Source of the DNA: the human T2T-CHM13v2.0 reference genome, Homo sapiens
Direction: 5' to 3' (one strand)
Length of the DNA stretch: 64,000 bases
Assembly: GCF_009914755.1 (NCBI RefSeq)
Contig: NC_060939.1
Below the pieces are notes generated by a model. The model searched no databases and had not been told where the DNA came from. It saw only the letters and a list, made by a program, of their open reading frames with translations. This document shows positions 1 to 13,689 of the stretch, in pieces (within the stretch, counting starts at the first letter, position 1; every line of letters begins with the position of its first letter). Made by a program: the position numbers and the translations under genes.

Positions 1-3000
1 ATGTCCCTGCCTCCCCCGCCCTGCCCACCTTCTATTCTCTCCACCTGCACTCTGCCCCTGCCATCCATGTGCCATCTGAGCAGATGCGATATTGGGCACC
101 TTGTGAAACATGCTCCTGGTGCACCTGCTGCCTGCTGCCCCTCCTGCAGAGTGCCCGGGCTCTCCAGAGGGGATTCCTATGGAGGCTTGGCCTAGATTCT
201 GAGTCCTGCCTCTCATACCTGGGGCTGCTACCCCAGAGGCCAGCTGCTTGAGTACCCCGGAAGCCAGTCTGTAGCCCCAGGCTACAGCTGGGTCCATCCC
301 ACAGCCCTTCTCTAATGTACCTATTTGGACTGGCTGCTCATTTCATAGAGAGGGGTGTGTCTTGCCCCAGACCATCTGGCATGTCTAAGGCAGCTGTGGG
401 GTCAGAATCTGCAGCTCCCAGCCCTCAGCCCAGCAATAGTAGGAAAGGCTGGACCCCACATCTCTGAAGTCCCACTGGGTTGGTGCGAGCGGGCTCCCGA
501 GTACAGGGCTGCTCTGCAGGCTGTGGGGCTCATGCGCCAGCTCTGAGCCCACCTGATGTGCTCACGTTGCTCACCTTTGGGCCTGTCCGGCCTCTCAGGC
601 ATTCGGCTGACCCTGAGGGCCTCTCCCTCATCTTGACCACCAGCTACGGGCTCTGATTTAGAGGTTCCCAGAACCTTAGACCATTTGGCCGGCCCCCCAT
701 TTCTCACCTGAGGAAACTGAGACCAGAGAGGGATAGCAACTTTCTCAAGGACCCCCAGCAATTCAGAGGCAGAACCAGGTCTAGGAGCCTCTTCTCGATA
801 GAGGTTCCCCCTGTCCCCTGAGCCTTCGTTAGTGCCTCATTAACTTCCCTGTAAGGAAACTGCCCCGCTGAGGCTGGAAATGGTGCTGTCCAGAGTGGTG
901 TGTGCCAGTGACTGTGCTTGTGTTTGTACTTGTGAGTGTGTATGGGGGTGGGGATGAGGGGTGGGAATAAACGGCAGGGATGCTGGGGGCTGGATGCACT
1001 CCACCTCACCCCAAAAAGGGGCGCAGGAGAGCCCAGCCAAGCACAGCACATGCTTCGACTTTCCAATCTGCTGAATGCCTGTGAGGCCGGCTGGGCCCAG
1101 AAGACAAGGGACAGGCCTTTCCCCATAGATGGCAGGGGGGGCCCAGGATGGGTGGAAGCTTCTGCCGCAGCTTTGGGGGTCACAACCCAGCCCATGGGCT
1201 GACACTTAAGCAGAAAAGCCACCTCTAGGGGTCAGTCATAATCTAGTGATTCTGATGAGGAGGGCCCCACCAACCTCTGTCCAGGGTCTTGTCTGGGAAA
1301 AACTGCTCCCTGGCAGAAAGAGGCTAATAATTTGAGAGGAAGCCATAGCTGAAACCCTAAGCTGTGTGAGTGCGTGTCCAGTTTGAGAAAGCATATCCGA
1401 CTTAAACATTTGTATTGAAAAAATGGAAACATATTCCCCTTGTTTTGGAATACAAACTGCAGAAAGCAGCAGTTAACAGAATCTTATCGGAAAGGTCAGA
1501 TTCTGCATCTGGAAAGGCACAGTGATTTTCAACTGCGGTGTGTGTCCTTAACTGAGGAAGGGAAGGTGAGATTTATGTTTAGTAAAAGGCAGCTATGAAT
1601 TTACCTTTTATAAAGAGCTTGCTATATACTATTAGTGCTTTTCAGTCATGTCAGAATCAGCCAGATGCCTGTGGAAATGCAAATTCCCAGGCTTCATTCC
1701 CAGAGATTCTGGTCCTGTGAGCCTAGGGTGGGGCCCAGAAATCTCTATGGGGTGGTGCAGCCTGCCCCAGGACCACACCAAGAAACACTGCAACTGGCCC
1801 ACACACATCCCAGTCCACAAATATGTAGGCAGGCATCTTATCTCCACGGAACAGATAGGGAAACTGAGGTCAGAGTGGGGAAAGAAACGTCATGGGGCCA
1901 CCCAGCAAGTAGTAGCAGAGCCACGATACACCCACTGCCTGCAGACACCATCTCTGATGACAGCTCCACCTCCCCACAGGAATCTTGCCTACCCCCACCC
2001 CTACCTCCTGCTGCCCCTATGGTGGGTCTCTGTCCAAGGAAGATGTATCCTAGGTCCTCTAGGCTGACTGCGGCTCAGAGGAAACCTTGGCCCAGAGTGT
2101 AGGAGCTAGAGGGGTCCTTGGAATTCACGTGGGGAATTTGAGGCCCAAAGAAGGCAGTCCTCACATTTGAACTCTGTCTGGAGAAGGGCTAGGTCTTCTT
2201 CCTGAGTGGTAGTTTTGACTTCACCAGCCTGGCCCTCAGTCAAGCTGGCTGTCCAGGCCCGCCACACCTCGGGGTGGGTGACCAGAGGCGGTGGTGCCAT
2301 AAAAACACGTTTCCTGGGAGATCCACCCCCAAAGCTCAAAACATTCCAGGGCTGGTGATTTGGGCAAGCCCCCTTCCCTCTCAGCCCAGTTTCCCCATCT
2401 CTGCAACAGCCGTGCTGGTGGAGACTTCTGATACTGAGCTGCAGATTTTCTCCTGGGTGCCTACACAGCCCAGGTTGCCGGCTCCTCTGTGCCCACTCTT
2501 CAAGAAAGTCAGCTCTTAGGTAAGGAAGGTGCCTTGGCCCTATCAGGAGCAGGAGCCGGTGCACCCCCAGCTTCCCAGACCAGTGGGGATGACCCAGGCT
2601 GCCTACAAAGCTGCTGCCCAGCCCAGAGACACCCGCCTGGGAGGGTGGCCCTGGCCCTTGCAGCGGCTCTGAGAAGAGTCGGCCCCCACTCCAAAACTGG
2701 CAGAGCCACCCATGCCTTCCCTCAGCCCAAAGAGGCTTTTAGGAACATGAATCGTCTCAAGTTCAAACCCATGGGGTTGCTGAAAGACAAGACAGTGCAG
2801 GGTGAGCTGGTGCGAGGGAGCGCTGCTCGGTGCAGACTTTGCAGGGAGGGCACTTAGGAAAAAGGACTGGAGTCTGGGAGGGTTAACTAGCTTAGGGTTA
2901 AAGGGAGGGGATGGAGCTGGAGTGAGCTGGCCTCGTCCTCCCCCTTGGGCCTTCCAGCCTGGGCTCAGGTGATTCAAGGGAGCAAGCACCTCCCTCTCCC

Positions 3001-3651
3001 AGCCAGGGAGTTCTCGCCACATTCTGCAATCAGTACCATTCCCCTGGGGGCTGGGTGACAGCCCCCACCTCTGGACCTGGCTGGAACTGCTGTCTCAATT
3101 CTAGATCCAAAAGAATCTCTGGCAGCTTCTCCATCTCCCTCTCAGTCCAGCCTCACCTCTTCGCCCGTGGAGGAGCTCCAACAGCAAATCTGGCAACTGG
3201 AGGAACAAGGCAGGAAGGGCAGGGTCTGAGGAAGGAACCACCTTCAAAAGGCAGCTCTGCCACCTTCTCTCCAGGACTCTCAGGCTTGCTTTCCTATTGC
3301 TCCCTCGACATCCTTTTGCTATAATCTGGCATGTTGACGTATAGTCTTTAAAAGCAACAATGCTGTTGACGTGGAGCAGACTTCCCATTTGGGATGGTTT
3401 GGAGAAGTTAGGTTTGAGGGCATCCTCTCTTCTGCAAACTGCAGCAGTAATAGATGAGATATACAAAGTAAATAAAGGCTGGGTGCGGTGGTCGTGCCTG
3501 TAATCCCAGCACTCTGGGAGGCTGAGGCAGGAGGATCACTTGAAGCCAGGAGTTCGAGACCAGCCTGGCCAATATGGCGACACCCTGTCTCTACTAAAAA
3601 TGTAAAAATTAGCTGGGCATAGTGGTGCACACCTGTAGTCCCAGCTACTCA

Positions 3652-3816
<165 letters not shown>

Positions 3817-6800
3817 TTAATTATCTCCATGAACGAAAAGCAGACAAGAAATGCAAAGTGGTTGGAGGCTGAAGAGCCTGGACCCTCCTGGGCTTTGGGA
3901 ACCAAAGATGGTGGCAAGTCCTTTGGGATAAAGAGGGACAAAATGACTCCTAGCTAGAAGCTGGGAGCTTGGGTGTACCCCAGTACTTGAAAGGATGCTA
4001 GCTGGGCGCGGTGGCTAATGCCTGTAATACCAGCACTTTGGGAGGCCGAGGGAAAGTAACTCTTATGTCAGTGTGAAGCAAATCAGACAGGACAGGGGAA
4101 CATGGAGGGGAGGAGAGCCAAACCAGGGCCTGGTTCCAGACCCACCACACCCGCCCCGTTGAGCCAGGAGCACAGGTGGCTCTCTGCACAACATCAAGAG
4201 CGAGGACATGCTTTCAGCTCCACTTTAACTCAGGTTCCTAATGTGACAGCAGGCTTGTCAATCCCACTTGCCCCCGTGTCTCACACCAGAAAACTACCAG
4301 CAGTGTGAGTAAGGACAGAAGCAGGAGACAGAGGAGCCAGGGTTGGGGAATCCCATAGCAACCCACAGGCCCTCATCACACACGGCAAGGATGCGCCTTC
4401 ACTGGGCTCACCACCACCACTCGACATCACCTTCACTACATGATACCCTGCCTGGATAACACCACTGTAACACAAGAAACAGGTCTAGAATCTAGCATGT
4501 ATGCTACACCTGAAGGAGCAAGAGACGGTAATACAATACAATGAAATTTTTAGTTTATTTAATATAAAATTTAGAGCCATAATCAAAATGTGTAATTCTG
4601 ATGGGATTCACTACTTATAAAAACTTCGCAGCGCTCTATTTTCAAATGTAAATGGTATTCTGTGGCTCCTCGCCAGCATGTAAATAACGATCTACTCTGA
4701 AATACATTTCACGGCTTATTTTTGGCAAGCAGCGATTTCTCCAACCCACGTTTTCCAAGGGAAAAAAGGACATGAAATGTCTCCAAAAGTCTCTTACGAT
4801 CTTTAGATAAACTACTGTTCAACAACTGCATCTGCCAAGTCAACACATCAAGAATCCTTCACTCACAAACACTTAAGGTGAGAAAACAGTGTCTACCCAT
4901 GCAGGAGAGGGACACATGATCCATGCTGATGAAGACAGCCTGGATATCGGCTACTGGAAAGCTGCGAATGCATTTTTCTTTTTCTACTTTCCAAAAGTTT
5001 TGTGAGGTGATACTTATTTCTATGTTTGTGTCTATTCTTTTTATTTTGTATTTTTTAGTAGGTACATCCTTACTATAAATCTGCTGTAGAACCAATGTCC
5101 CATACAGGACCCCACGTGCCACAGGAACCAAAAAGTCACACGCAGCGAAGACGAAGACACAGGAGACAACCTGTGTGGACAGCACAGAGCCACCTGCCCA
5201 GGACACCAATGGAGCCACAGGTGCAATTCAAAATGTTCTTAGTCGTATTAATAAACATGGCCAGGTGCGGTGGCTCACGCCTGTAATCCCAACACTTTGG
5301 GAGGCTGAGGTGGGCAGATTACCTGAGGTTGGGAGTTCAAGACCATCCTGGCCAACATGGTGAAACCCCATCTCTACTAAAAATACAAAAATCAGCCAGG
5401 TATGGTGGCATGCTTCTGTTAGTCCCAGCCACTCAGGAGGTTGAGGCAGGAGAATCATTTGAACCCAGGAGGCAGAGGCTGCAGTGAGCTGAGATCGTGC
5501 TACTGCACTCCAGTCCAGGCAACAGAGTGAGGATCCATCTCCGGGTGGGGAAAAAAAATTGTTCTTAGTCACATTAACAAAAGTAAAAAAAAAAAAAAAA
5601 ACACACACCAAGAAGAAAAACAACAACACATAAAATTAATTGTAATAATGGCTGGTTGCAGTGGCTCATGCCTGTAATCCCAGCACTCTGGGAAGCCAAA
5701 GCGGGCAGATTACTTGAGGTCAGGAGTCCGAGACCAGCCTGGCCAACATGGTGAAACTCTGTCTCTACAAAAATACAAAAATCAGCCAGGCGTGGTGGTA
5801 GTGCCAGCTGCTCGGGAGTCTGTAGTCCTGTAGTCCCAGCTGCTCAGGAGGCTGAGGCAGGAGAATCACTTGAACACAAGAGGCGGAGGTTGCAGTGAGC
5901 CAAGATTGCACCACTGCACTCCAGTCTGGTCAACAGAGTAAGATTCCATCTTAAAAAATAAAAATAATTTTAATAATGTATCATAGTTATTCCAACAGAT
6001 CAAAAATATGACCATTTCAACATGAAATCAATCTAAGAAAAATTATTGAGATATTTTACATAGGTTATTTCATATTAAGTCCTCAAAAACCATCTGAGTA
6101 GCTTACATATGTAACACATTTCAATTTGGACCGTGAAATTTGCATTGAAAACATCTGATCTCCATTTAGACTCATAAAATACACAGTTGACAAAGTAGAC
6201 TCCCAAGGCCAAGTGATTCTAAACATACTTAAGTGCTTTCTAATAACAGAATCAAATTTTCAAACCTGCATTTTAATGAATAAAAATTAAACAGATAAAA
6301 TATTCAGTGTCTCAGCTATGACGGACAGACTTCAAGTGCTGATCAGCAAACGGTGTTGAGTGTAGCCAGATGGGCCAGCGCAGGCTACACAGCTGCAGCT
6401 CAAACAGCACAGCTGCAGGTCAAACAGGCCAGTCTCTCTGCGCACGGGAACAGTCTGGGCAAGCAGGAGACGGGGAAAACGGGCACTGCCCTCGTGAGAA
6501 CAAAGGACCCACAACAGGAACCCTGCACTCACCCCCTGCCAAAGACCAACAGCCCCACGAAGCAGCCACTTCAGAAAAGGGAGAGGCATTCAAGAACTTA
6601 GAAAAGCACCTCTGGAAAATGCTCACTTTAAAACTTTGCATGTAACTGTACATTTTAATTACAAGGTTTTTAACATCCATTTTCTCATGTATTCTTAATT
6701 AACTCTGTGAAAGTAAACACAGCTTTTATTCTTACTCCCATAGTTACTGTGTTGGAAGTCCACCTATATGAACAAACTGTTGTAACTGAAATTTTCTGAG

Positions 6801-7042
6801 AACAAATCCCAAGCTCTTTCCATCGACACAAACTATATTGTTTAGTTCTCTTTATTTCCATTTGTTAAAGACCAGAATGTGTGAAATATGCATTATCAGA
6901 TTAGAAAAACAAAACAAACATCAGAAAAAGGTTTTGCAAAATAGCATTTACTAAAATCTATGACAGAAACTAGCTCTAAAACTTCCTGTTTCAAAATTTC
7001 ACTGTGTGTGCACTAAGTTAGTTTTTCTGGCTGTGGACAGCA

Positions 7043-7140
7043 GGCCCACCCCATGCCGCGGGCCCACCCCATGCCGCAGGCCCACCCCACGCCGCGGGCC
7101 CACCCCACGCCACAGGCCCACCCCACGCCACAGACCCACC
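7043..7140 (+). repeat. 18-bp GC-rich minisatellite (GGCCCACCCCAYGCCRCR) x~5.5
   Basis: Direct reading; mirrored at 33957-34054. Confidence 0.92.
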
Positions 7141-7956
7141 ATGGCCCCATGAACAGGCCAGCTGAGAGCTGCAGCCACTGCCCAGGGCTCCCTGGTCTGT
7201 ACTCGGCTGCCTGACCCAAGCTGCCAGGGCTCTGCTTTCTCTATGTGTAGAAACAAAAACCAGGAGCATCAGTTGACGAAAAGCAGATTTTTATTGAACA
7301 GAGGTATAAATGTGTTTCATTTTCTAATAAATCTCTTTCACAAATCACCTTGCTGTTTCGCTCTTCTTGAATGATCATTTTTAGACAACACTGTCTGACT
7401 GTTTTGGCTTCTGCCAAGGTTAGCGTCTGTTCACAGGCTGAGTCTGACTTCTTCCTCCCACCTCCTCCTAGTCTGGCCTTCCAAAATAATGCTCACCATT
7501 CTATCACATTGACTTCAGTTTTGAAAAGAAAAGTTATCTTACAAAGTAGTATGTATAACTCTGTAATATATAAAGTGAGGCAATGATAGAACCAGTTTTA
7601 AAAATAACCTTCCATGATGATTTTCATTTGCATCCACCTGCTTATTAGTAAGAATCTTTTTACATGTTTACTGCACGCCCCAATTTCTCTTCAGTGAAAA
7701 ACTTTTGAGTATCATCACACCCTCCAACTTCTCCTCTCACCTATATTGAAAAGGGTCTGCTCTTTATCCTAACATCTATACTAGGTAATTTTCAGAATAT
7801 TCCTTCAATCATCAAACAAATTTTTGAGATCCTTGCGCTAGATTTCACTATCTTAATATGAAAACCAATAATCACCTATTAAAATACAATACAGGCCAGG
7901 CACAGTGGCTAACACCTGTAATCCCAACATTTTGAGAGGCCAAGGCAGGTGGGTCA

Positions 7957-8337
<381 letters not shown>

Positions 8338-8349
8338 CTAACAAAACTA

Positions 8350-8502
<153 letters not shown>

Positions 8503-8560
8503 TCAAAAAACAAAAAAGTAAATAAATAAAACACAATACAATACAGCTAATATGATTTAC

Positions 8561-8733
8561 CTAAGAAGCTGTTGTATGAGCTGAACCAGAGGCAAACACT
8601 GTTTGCCAGAAGACTCACAGATCCCCGTATTAATAAGGCCTTTATCCAATGGAGTCCTCCTTCTATGAAATGTTGAGGCATTTGCTTCCTGTTCATAAAT
8701 TTCTTTTTCCTTCCGTGCTTCTTTTTTTGTATC
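8561..8733 (-). pseudogene. HERC2: HERC2 exon 20 copy, left arm
   Basis: Mirror of 32364-32536. Confidence 0.88.
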
Positions 8734-10112
8734 CTGTAATTGATAAACAGAAATTGTTTACAAGTGATCTCATTACCAGGTGTGAAGGCACACAGGCTGG
8801 CTGAGCCCTGACCCCAGTGCCAAGCTATCCCAGCCTCTGTGGCTGCCACACCCATCCACCCACAGGCCCCCACCTGCCCTGTTGGAAACCCCAACTCATT
8901 TGTGCAGTTTCAAACAGTGTCTTCTTTTTACAGATCCAAGGTCTAGGCTGCCTCTGCTGATGCTCTCCAGCCTCCTTCTGTGAAGTCCCTAAAATCCTTA
9001 ACCCTGCTAATGGCTCACACAAAACCCAATGTGATCGGCTCCACACACGCAGCATCCAGCTGCTCTGTAAGGACAAGAAGGAGCTAGAATTCTCACACAC
9101 AAAAGTCCTGGTTCAAATGCAAATGGCAAAGCCACTTTGGGAAACTATGAACACACACTAACCCCAGGACCTAACAAATTCCACTCCAAGTGTTTATCCA
9201 AAGGGAGAACATATGTTCACTAAAGTACTTGTTCACAGCACAATTGTGGCAGCTCTACACGGCCAAAAACCAGAAAGCCTGGGCGCGGTGGCTCACGCTT
9301 GTAATCCCAACACTTTGGGAGGCCAAGGTGGGGGGATCACTGGAGCCCAGGAGTTGAAGACCAGCCTTGCAACACAGTGAAACCTTGTCTCTACAAAAAA
9401 ATCAAAAAACTAGCCGGGCATGGTGACATGTATGTGGTCCCTGCAACACAGGAGGCTGAGGTGGGAGGATCATTTGAGCCTAGGAGTACAAGGCTGCAGT
9501 GAGCCAACATCAATCAGGTCACTGTATACAGCCTGGGTGACAGAGCAAGACCCTGTCTCAAAAAAAAAAAAAAAAAAAAAAAAAGAAAACAAAAACCAAA
9601 AACAATTACATGTCCTTCAATAGGAGAATGAACTAACAAACAGTACTACACCTATAAAATGGAAAACTTCCCAATAATAAAAACGAAGTCGCAATACACA
9701 CAACAGTGAGCGAATCTGAAAATCATTCTCCAAGGCAAAGCAGGAAAGAGTGCATACTATACAGTTATATTGCTGCGACACTCAGAGCAGGAAAAATGAA
9801 TCTAATCTCAGGGCAGGGGAGTATCCTGGCTGCAAGTGCCAAGGAGCACAGGGATCTTTCCGGGTGACGGGAATGGTCTACATGAGGAACAGGTTACCTG
9901 TTAACTTCACTGAAACAGACAACATGCAGTATTTTATCACAATTAAATCATCTCAGTAATTTTTAAAATTAGCACAAAAAAGAATTTTAATTTAAAAAAA
10001 TACTTGGATATAAGTTTAGTGTTTTACTGTTTTCAGTTATTCTTCACATGTGTGAGTGTGGTATTTCCGATCTCAGCCCACCACCAGGTCACGTGTGCCT
10101 CCAAGGCCATAC

Positions 10113-10497
10113 CTGGATCTCTGCAGTAATGGCTGCGTGTAAGGCTGACTCCAACCCTCCAGCAGCCATCAAGCTGCCCACCAGAAGATCAATCACCAAT
10201 CGATGACCTGGACTTATGCTCACTTCATTGCCTGAAACTGAAATAGAAAGTGTGTGCCAATTTGAGTGAAACGCCATCCCCTCCCAGCACCCTGACCCAT
10301 GGCCTCTCCTGTTCCTTCCCCGAGCCCACCTCCGCAGGGCAGGAGAGCAGAGTGCCCGGGCCTGCTTCTCAGCGGTGGGCAACAGCATGGACCAGCCGCT
10401 CTGCAGCATGGCCTGGGAGGCCGACTGCTCGGTGCTCAGCACGTCTGCGCTGCTTGCCAGGGTCACCACCGTCTGCTTCAGGCTGTTCAGGAAGACG
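10113..10497 (-). pseudogene. HERC2: HERC2 exon 18 (5'-truncated, 10330-10497) and exon 19 (10113-10237) copies, left arm
   Basis: ORF 10089..10769: FLNSLKQTVVTLASSA...; VSGNEVSISPGHRLVIDLLVGSLM...AEIQ|GT. Confidence 0.9.
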
Positions 10498-10867
10498 TCC
10501 ACACCTATTAAGGGGGGGGCTGGTACTAAACACAGTGACAGCTCAGGTGACATGCCCTGCACAGAGCCCAGTACAAAGGAAGGGCCAACAAAGCAAGCCA
10601 CTATTTTCGTTGTTCTTTTCTGGTATTGATTTAAAAGTGCATGTTTCAAGCTTGGTTCTGTGCTGACAAGGAAGTCGGCGCGCACTGATCTGAGTCTTCT
10701 CCACAAACAAGTGGCCTCCCACACCTGTCTCATCTGACTCGCTGCTGTTACCACCAAACACACAGACACCAGAGAAAAACACTGCCGTGCACAAGCACGC
10801 TGGTCTTGCGTAAAAAATAACTAGACTCGAGTGCCACCTAAACACAAAGTTCCATCATGACACTCAC

Positions 10868-11039
10868 GTGCATGTCGCCCTCGGAGTGGGGTGCATCCTT
10901 CCTGCAAATGATGCTCTGGAACCTTTGCAGCAAGGGCAAAAGCGGGGCGCTGGTGCCCTGGGCGGAACGCTCATTGTCAGTCTCCTGTGCCCCGCTGTCC
11001 CACAGCTGAAGCAACAACAGGATGGCAGACAACATTTGG
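10868..11039 (-). pseudogene. HERC2: HERC2 exon 9 copy (QMLSAILLLLQLWDSG...EGDMH)
   Basis: ORF 10838..11035; CTTTAG acceptor, CAC|GTGAG donor; 172 nt. Confidence 0.93.
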
Positions 11040-11544
11040 CTAAAGAAGAAAACATATTTATTCCTAGTAAAAACAGATTAACTTTTTTTTTTTTCATGGT
11101 TGATCAAAAATAAAAGCAAACAGCTAGATAGAAGTGAAGAAATACTTGGGATATGAAAGGAAACGAAAGTAAAGCCGTGGTAGTTAAATCACTGAATTGA
11201 CACTGAGATTTTAGCACAAGACATCGCCTTCTGCTGATAGGAAAGACCAGTTAAGAAGCTCAAAGAGCACATTTACATGAAGATCTAGGGTCTTAAATTC
11301 ATGGAATAAAAATAATTAAATGAGGAAAACTGAAAGAAAAAAAAAGAAGAACAGTTCCCAGGCTAGAAAACTGAGCATAAAACAGGAAGTGAAGAAAAGG
11401 AAAAGAGAGAGCCCTGGGACATGGTTCTCTGTAGAGCACCACACCTGCTGCAGTCACACGATTCAGTGAAACGCACACAATGCAACAGGTATTTGGATAC
11501 AGAGGCGCTTCCCCAAAGCATTCCCGGTCTGCACCAGCCCTCAC

Positions 11545-11654
11545 CTCAGCATGCCTCTCTGCACAGCCAGCTCCAGCAGGATGGCCAGGGCCAAGTGCTG
11601 GTCCTGTAGGGGGATGATTCTGGCCCTTTAGTGCCTGGTATTCCGTGAACATCC
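11545..11654 (-). pseudogene. HERC2: HERC2 exon 8 copy, frameshifted (GDVHG..KGP / QDQHLALAILLELAVQRG)
   Basis: TTTCAG acceptor, GAG|GTGAG donor; 110 nt with a 1-nt loss between the two recognisable peptide blocks. Confidence 0.88.
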
Positions 11655-12106
11655 CTGAAATGAAAACAGTGGATGCAGGAACGAAGCGACCTCCAGAAAG
11701 ACAGCATGCTTACAATCACAGTAACACATTTGCTACATGCTCCCTCCCAAGGAAGGATGTATCTTTAATATTTAGAATCAAGCTTCTGAGACTTGCTACT
11801 CAAATTTATTCACAGATTTTTAAAGTATACAATTAATTTACAGAAATGTATTTTATTTAAAGTATTCATTCAGATACTATATTACAGTAGATGACATACT
11901 CCAAGTGTGTGAAGCATAAAATAATTTATCTCATTATCCAAAACATGAGTAGGAGAATATCTAGCTATCTTTTCCAGTTTCAATGACGTGTAAGACTATA
12001 CCAGTATCAACCTTCTCCCACAGAATTAGAGAACCAATTTCTAAAACCACTTGAGGATCTGGAGGCAAAATGTCTACACTAATTTCTATCTCTGATCAAA
12101 GATTAC

Positions 12107-12235
12107 CTGGTTGCTTACTCCATACCCAGCTCTCCAGAATTGACTTGGCCCCATATACAGGTGCAGGAGTTTCATCTTTTTTCTCTCTGTCATCCAGATC
12201 TTCTTTCTTTGTTCCACTTGGTTCAACACTATCAT
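12107..12235 (-). pseudogene. HERC2: HERC2 exon 4 copy (DDSVEPSGTKKEDLDDREKKDETPAPVYGAKSILESWVWSKQP)
   Basis: TGCAG acceptor, CAG|GTAAT donor; 129 nt, apparently 6 nt shorter than the parent. Confidence 0.9.
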
Positions 12236-12424
12236 CTGCAGAATTAAAATTTTTTTAATCTGTAACCGCTTTTCAGAATGCCATACCATCTGTCAGTCTC
12301 TGCAAATGTCCCTCCCCGAAAAGTTACAACACACATCATTAACTGAATGTTTGACAACTTAAAAATAAAATACATCAATCGTACCTGTAACAGATCCAGT
12401 ATAATTTTCATAAAGCAATATATC

Positions 12425-12735
12425 GGCCGGGAGTGGTGGCTTACGCCTGTAATCCCAAGCACTCTAAGAGGCCGAGGTGGGTGGATCACGAGGTCAGAAG
12501 ATGGAGACCATCTTGGCTAACATGGTAAAACCCCGTCTCTACTAAAAATACAAAAATTCACCAGGTATGATGGTGGACGTCTATAGTTCCAGCTACTCAG
12601 GAGGCTGAGGCAGGACAATGGCATGAACCCAGGAGGCAGAGCTTGCAGTGAGCCAAGATGGCACCACTGCACTCCAGCCTGGGCAACAGAGCAAGACTCC
12701 ATCTGAAAAAAAAAAAAGAAAAGAAAAGAAAACAA
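12425..12735 (+). mobile_element. Alu
   Basis: Full dimer with A-rich tail. Confidence 0.93.
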
Positions 12736-13289
12736 ACCAATATATCAAATTATTTAAAGCATGTCTTCCAAAATGATATTTCATTAGCTTCCTAGTAGAT
12801 TTCACAACAGAGAAACTTAGTCTTTGATATTTACCTACTTCAGTTTCACACCAATTGCTTTTATCCAGTGAGTCCCAATGCATGTGCACCCATGGGAAAA
12901 GGGAGGGTGTAGAACAGGAGTATGATTCAAAAATCTTTTAACTCTTTACAAGGCCCTACTCCACTGCCAACTGGGAAGCAGTGCTATGCAGGGGCACTGT
13001 GACTGATAGCATAATTCAAGAGCACTGGGACACAAAGGAAAAGCTGAGAAAAATGACTTTAGGCCACTGACAATGTCAAGTTTCAGTCAAAAACAACTGT
13101 CATAAAACTCCTTACACAGTAAGCGAAGAGAAGAGAGAACCTTAACCTTGAAGTGTAAACACACTCCATCACAGAAGGCTGTGACTAAATGTCTAAACAA
13201 CATAATTAGAAAAATGTATCTCAATCGGTGAAAGACATGATATCCCATCCAGATTACAAATAATGAGTATCTAAAAATCTCTAAGGAAA

Positions 13290-13440
13290 CAGTTCCTCTG
13301 TTTACAACACTTCTGACATCAAACGTATGGACTTTTGCACCAAGCAGTTCTCCAGTTCTTTGTGACACCCAGCTATGTGTCCCACAATGCAATTCGATTC
13401 TGAAACTAACTACCTAGAATTAGCACAGACCCCACAGGTT
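13290..13440 (+). mobile_element. MER21-like LTR fragment
   Basis: CACTTCTGACATCAAA...CAATTC..TTCTGAAACTAACTACCT..AATTAGCACAGACCCCACAGGTTAA resembles recalled MER21. Confidence 0.55.
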
Positions 13441-13689
13441 AATAACAGGAGAGAAAAGGTGAATGCTGAAAAAAATATCCAAAGAACTAATGGCTGAAAA
13501 CTTCCTAGGTTCAGCAAATGACATAAACCCAGGCAGATTAAAGAATCTGTGCAAAGCCCACACAAGATAAATCCAAAAGAAGCCATGACAAGGCACATCA
13601 TAATCAACTGCTAAACACTAAGGACAAAACCCTTCAAAAAGTGCCACAGAGTGTAGATATATAAGAATGTCTTGTGTGGCCTGAAATGA

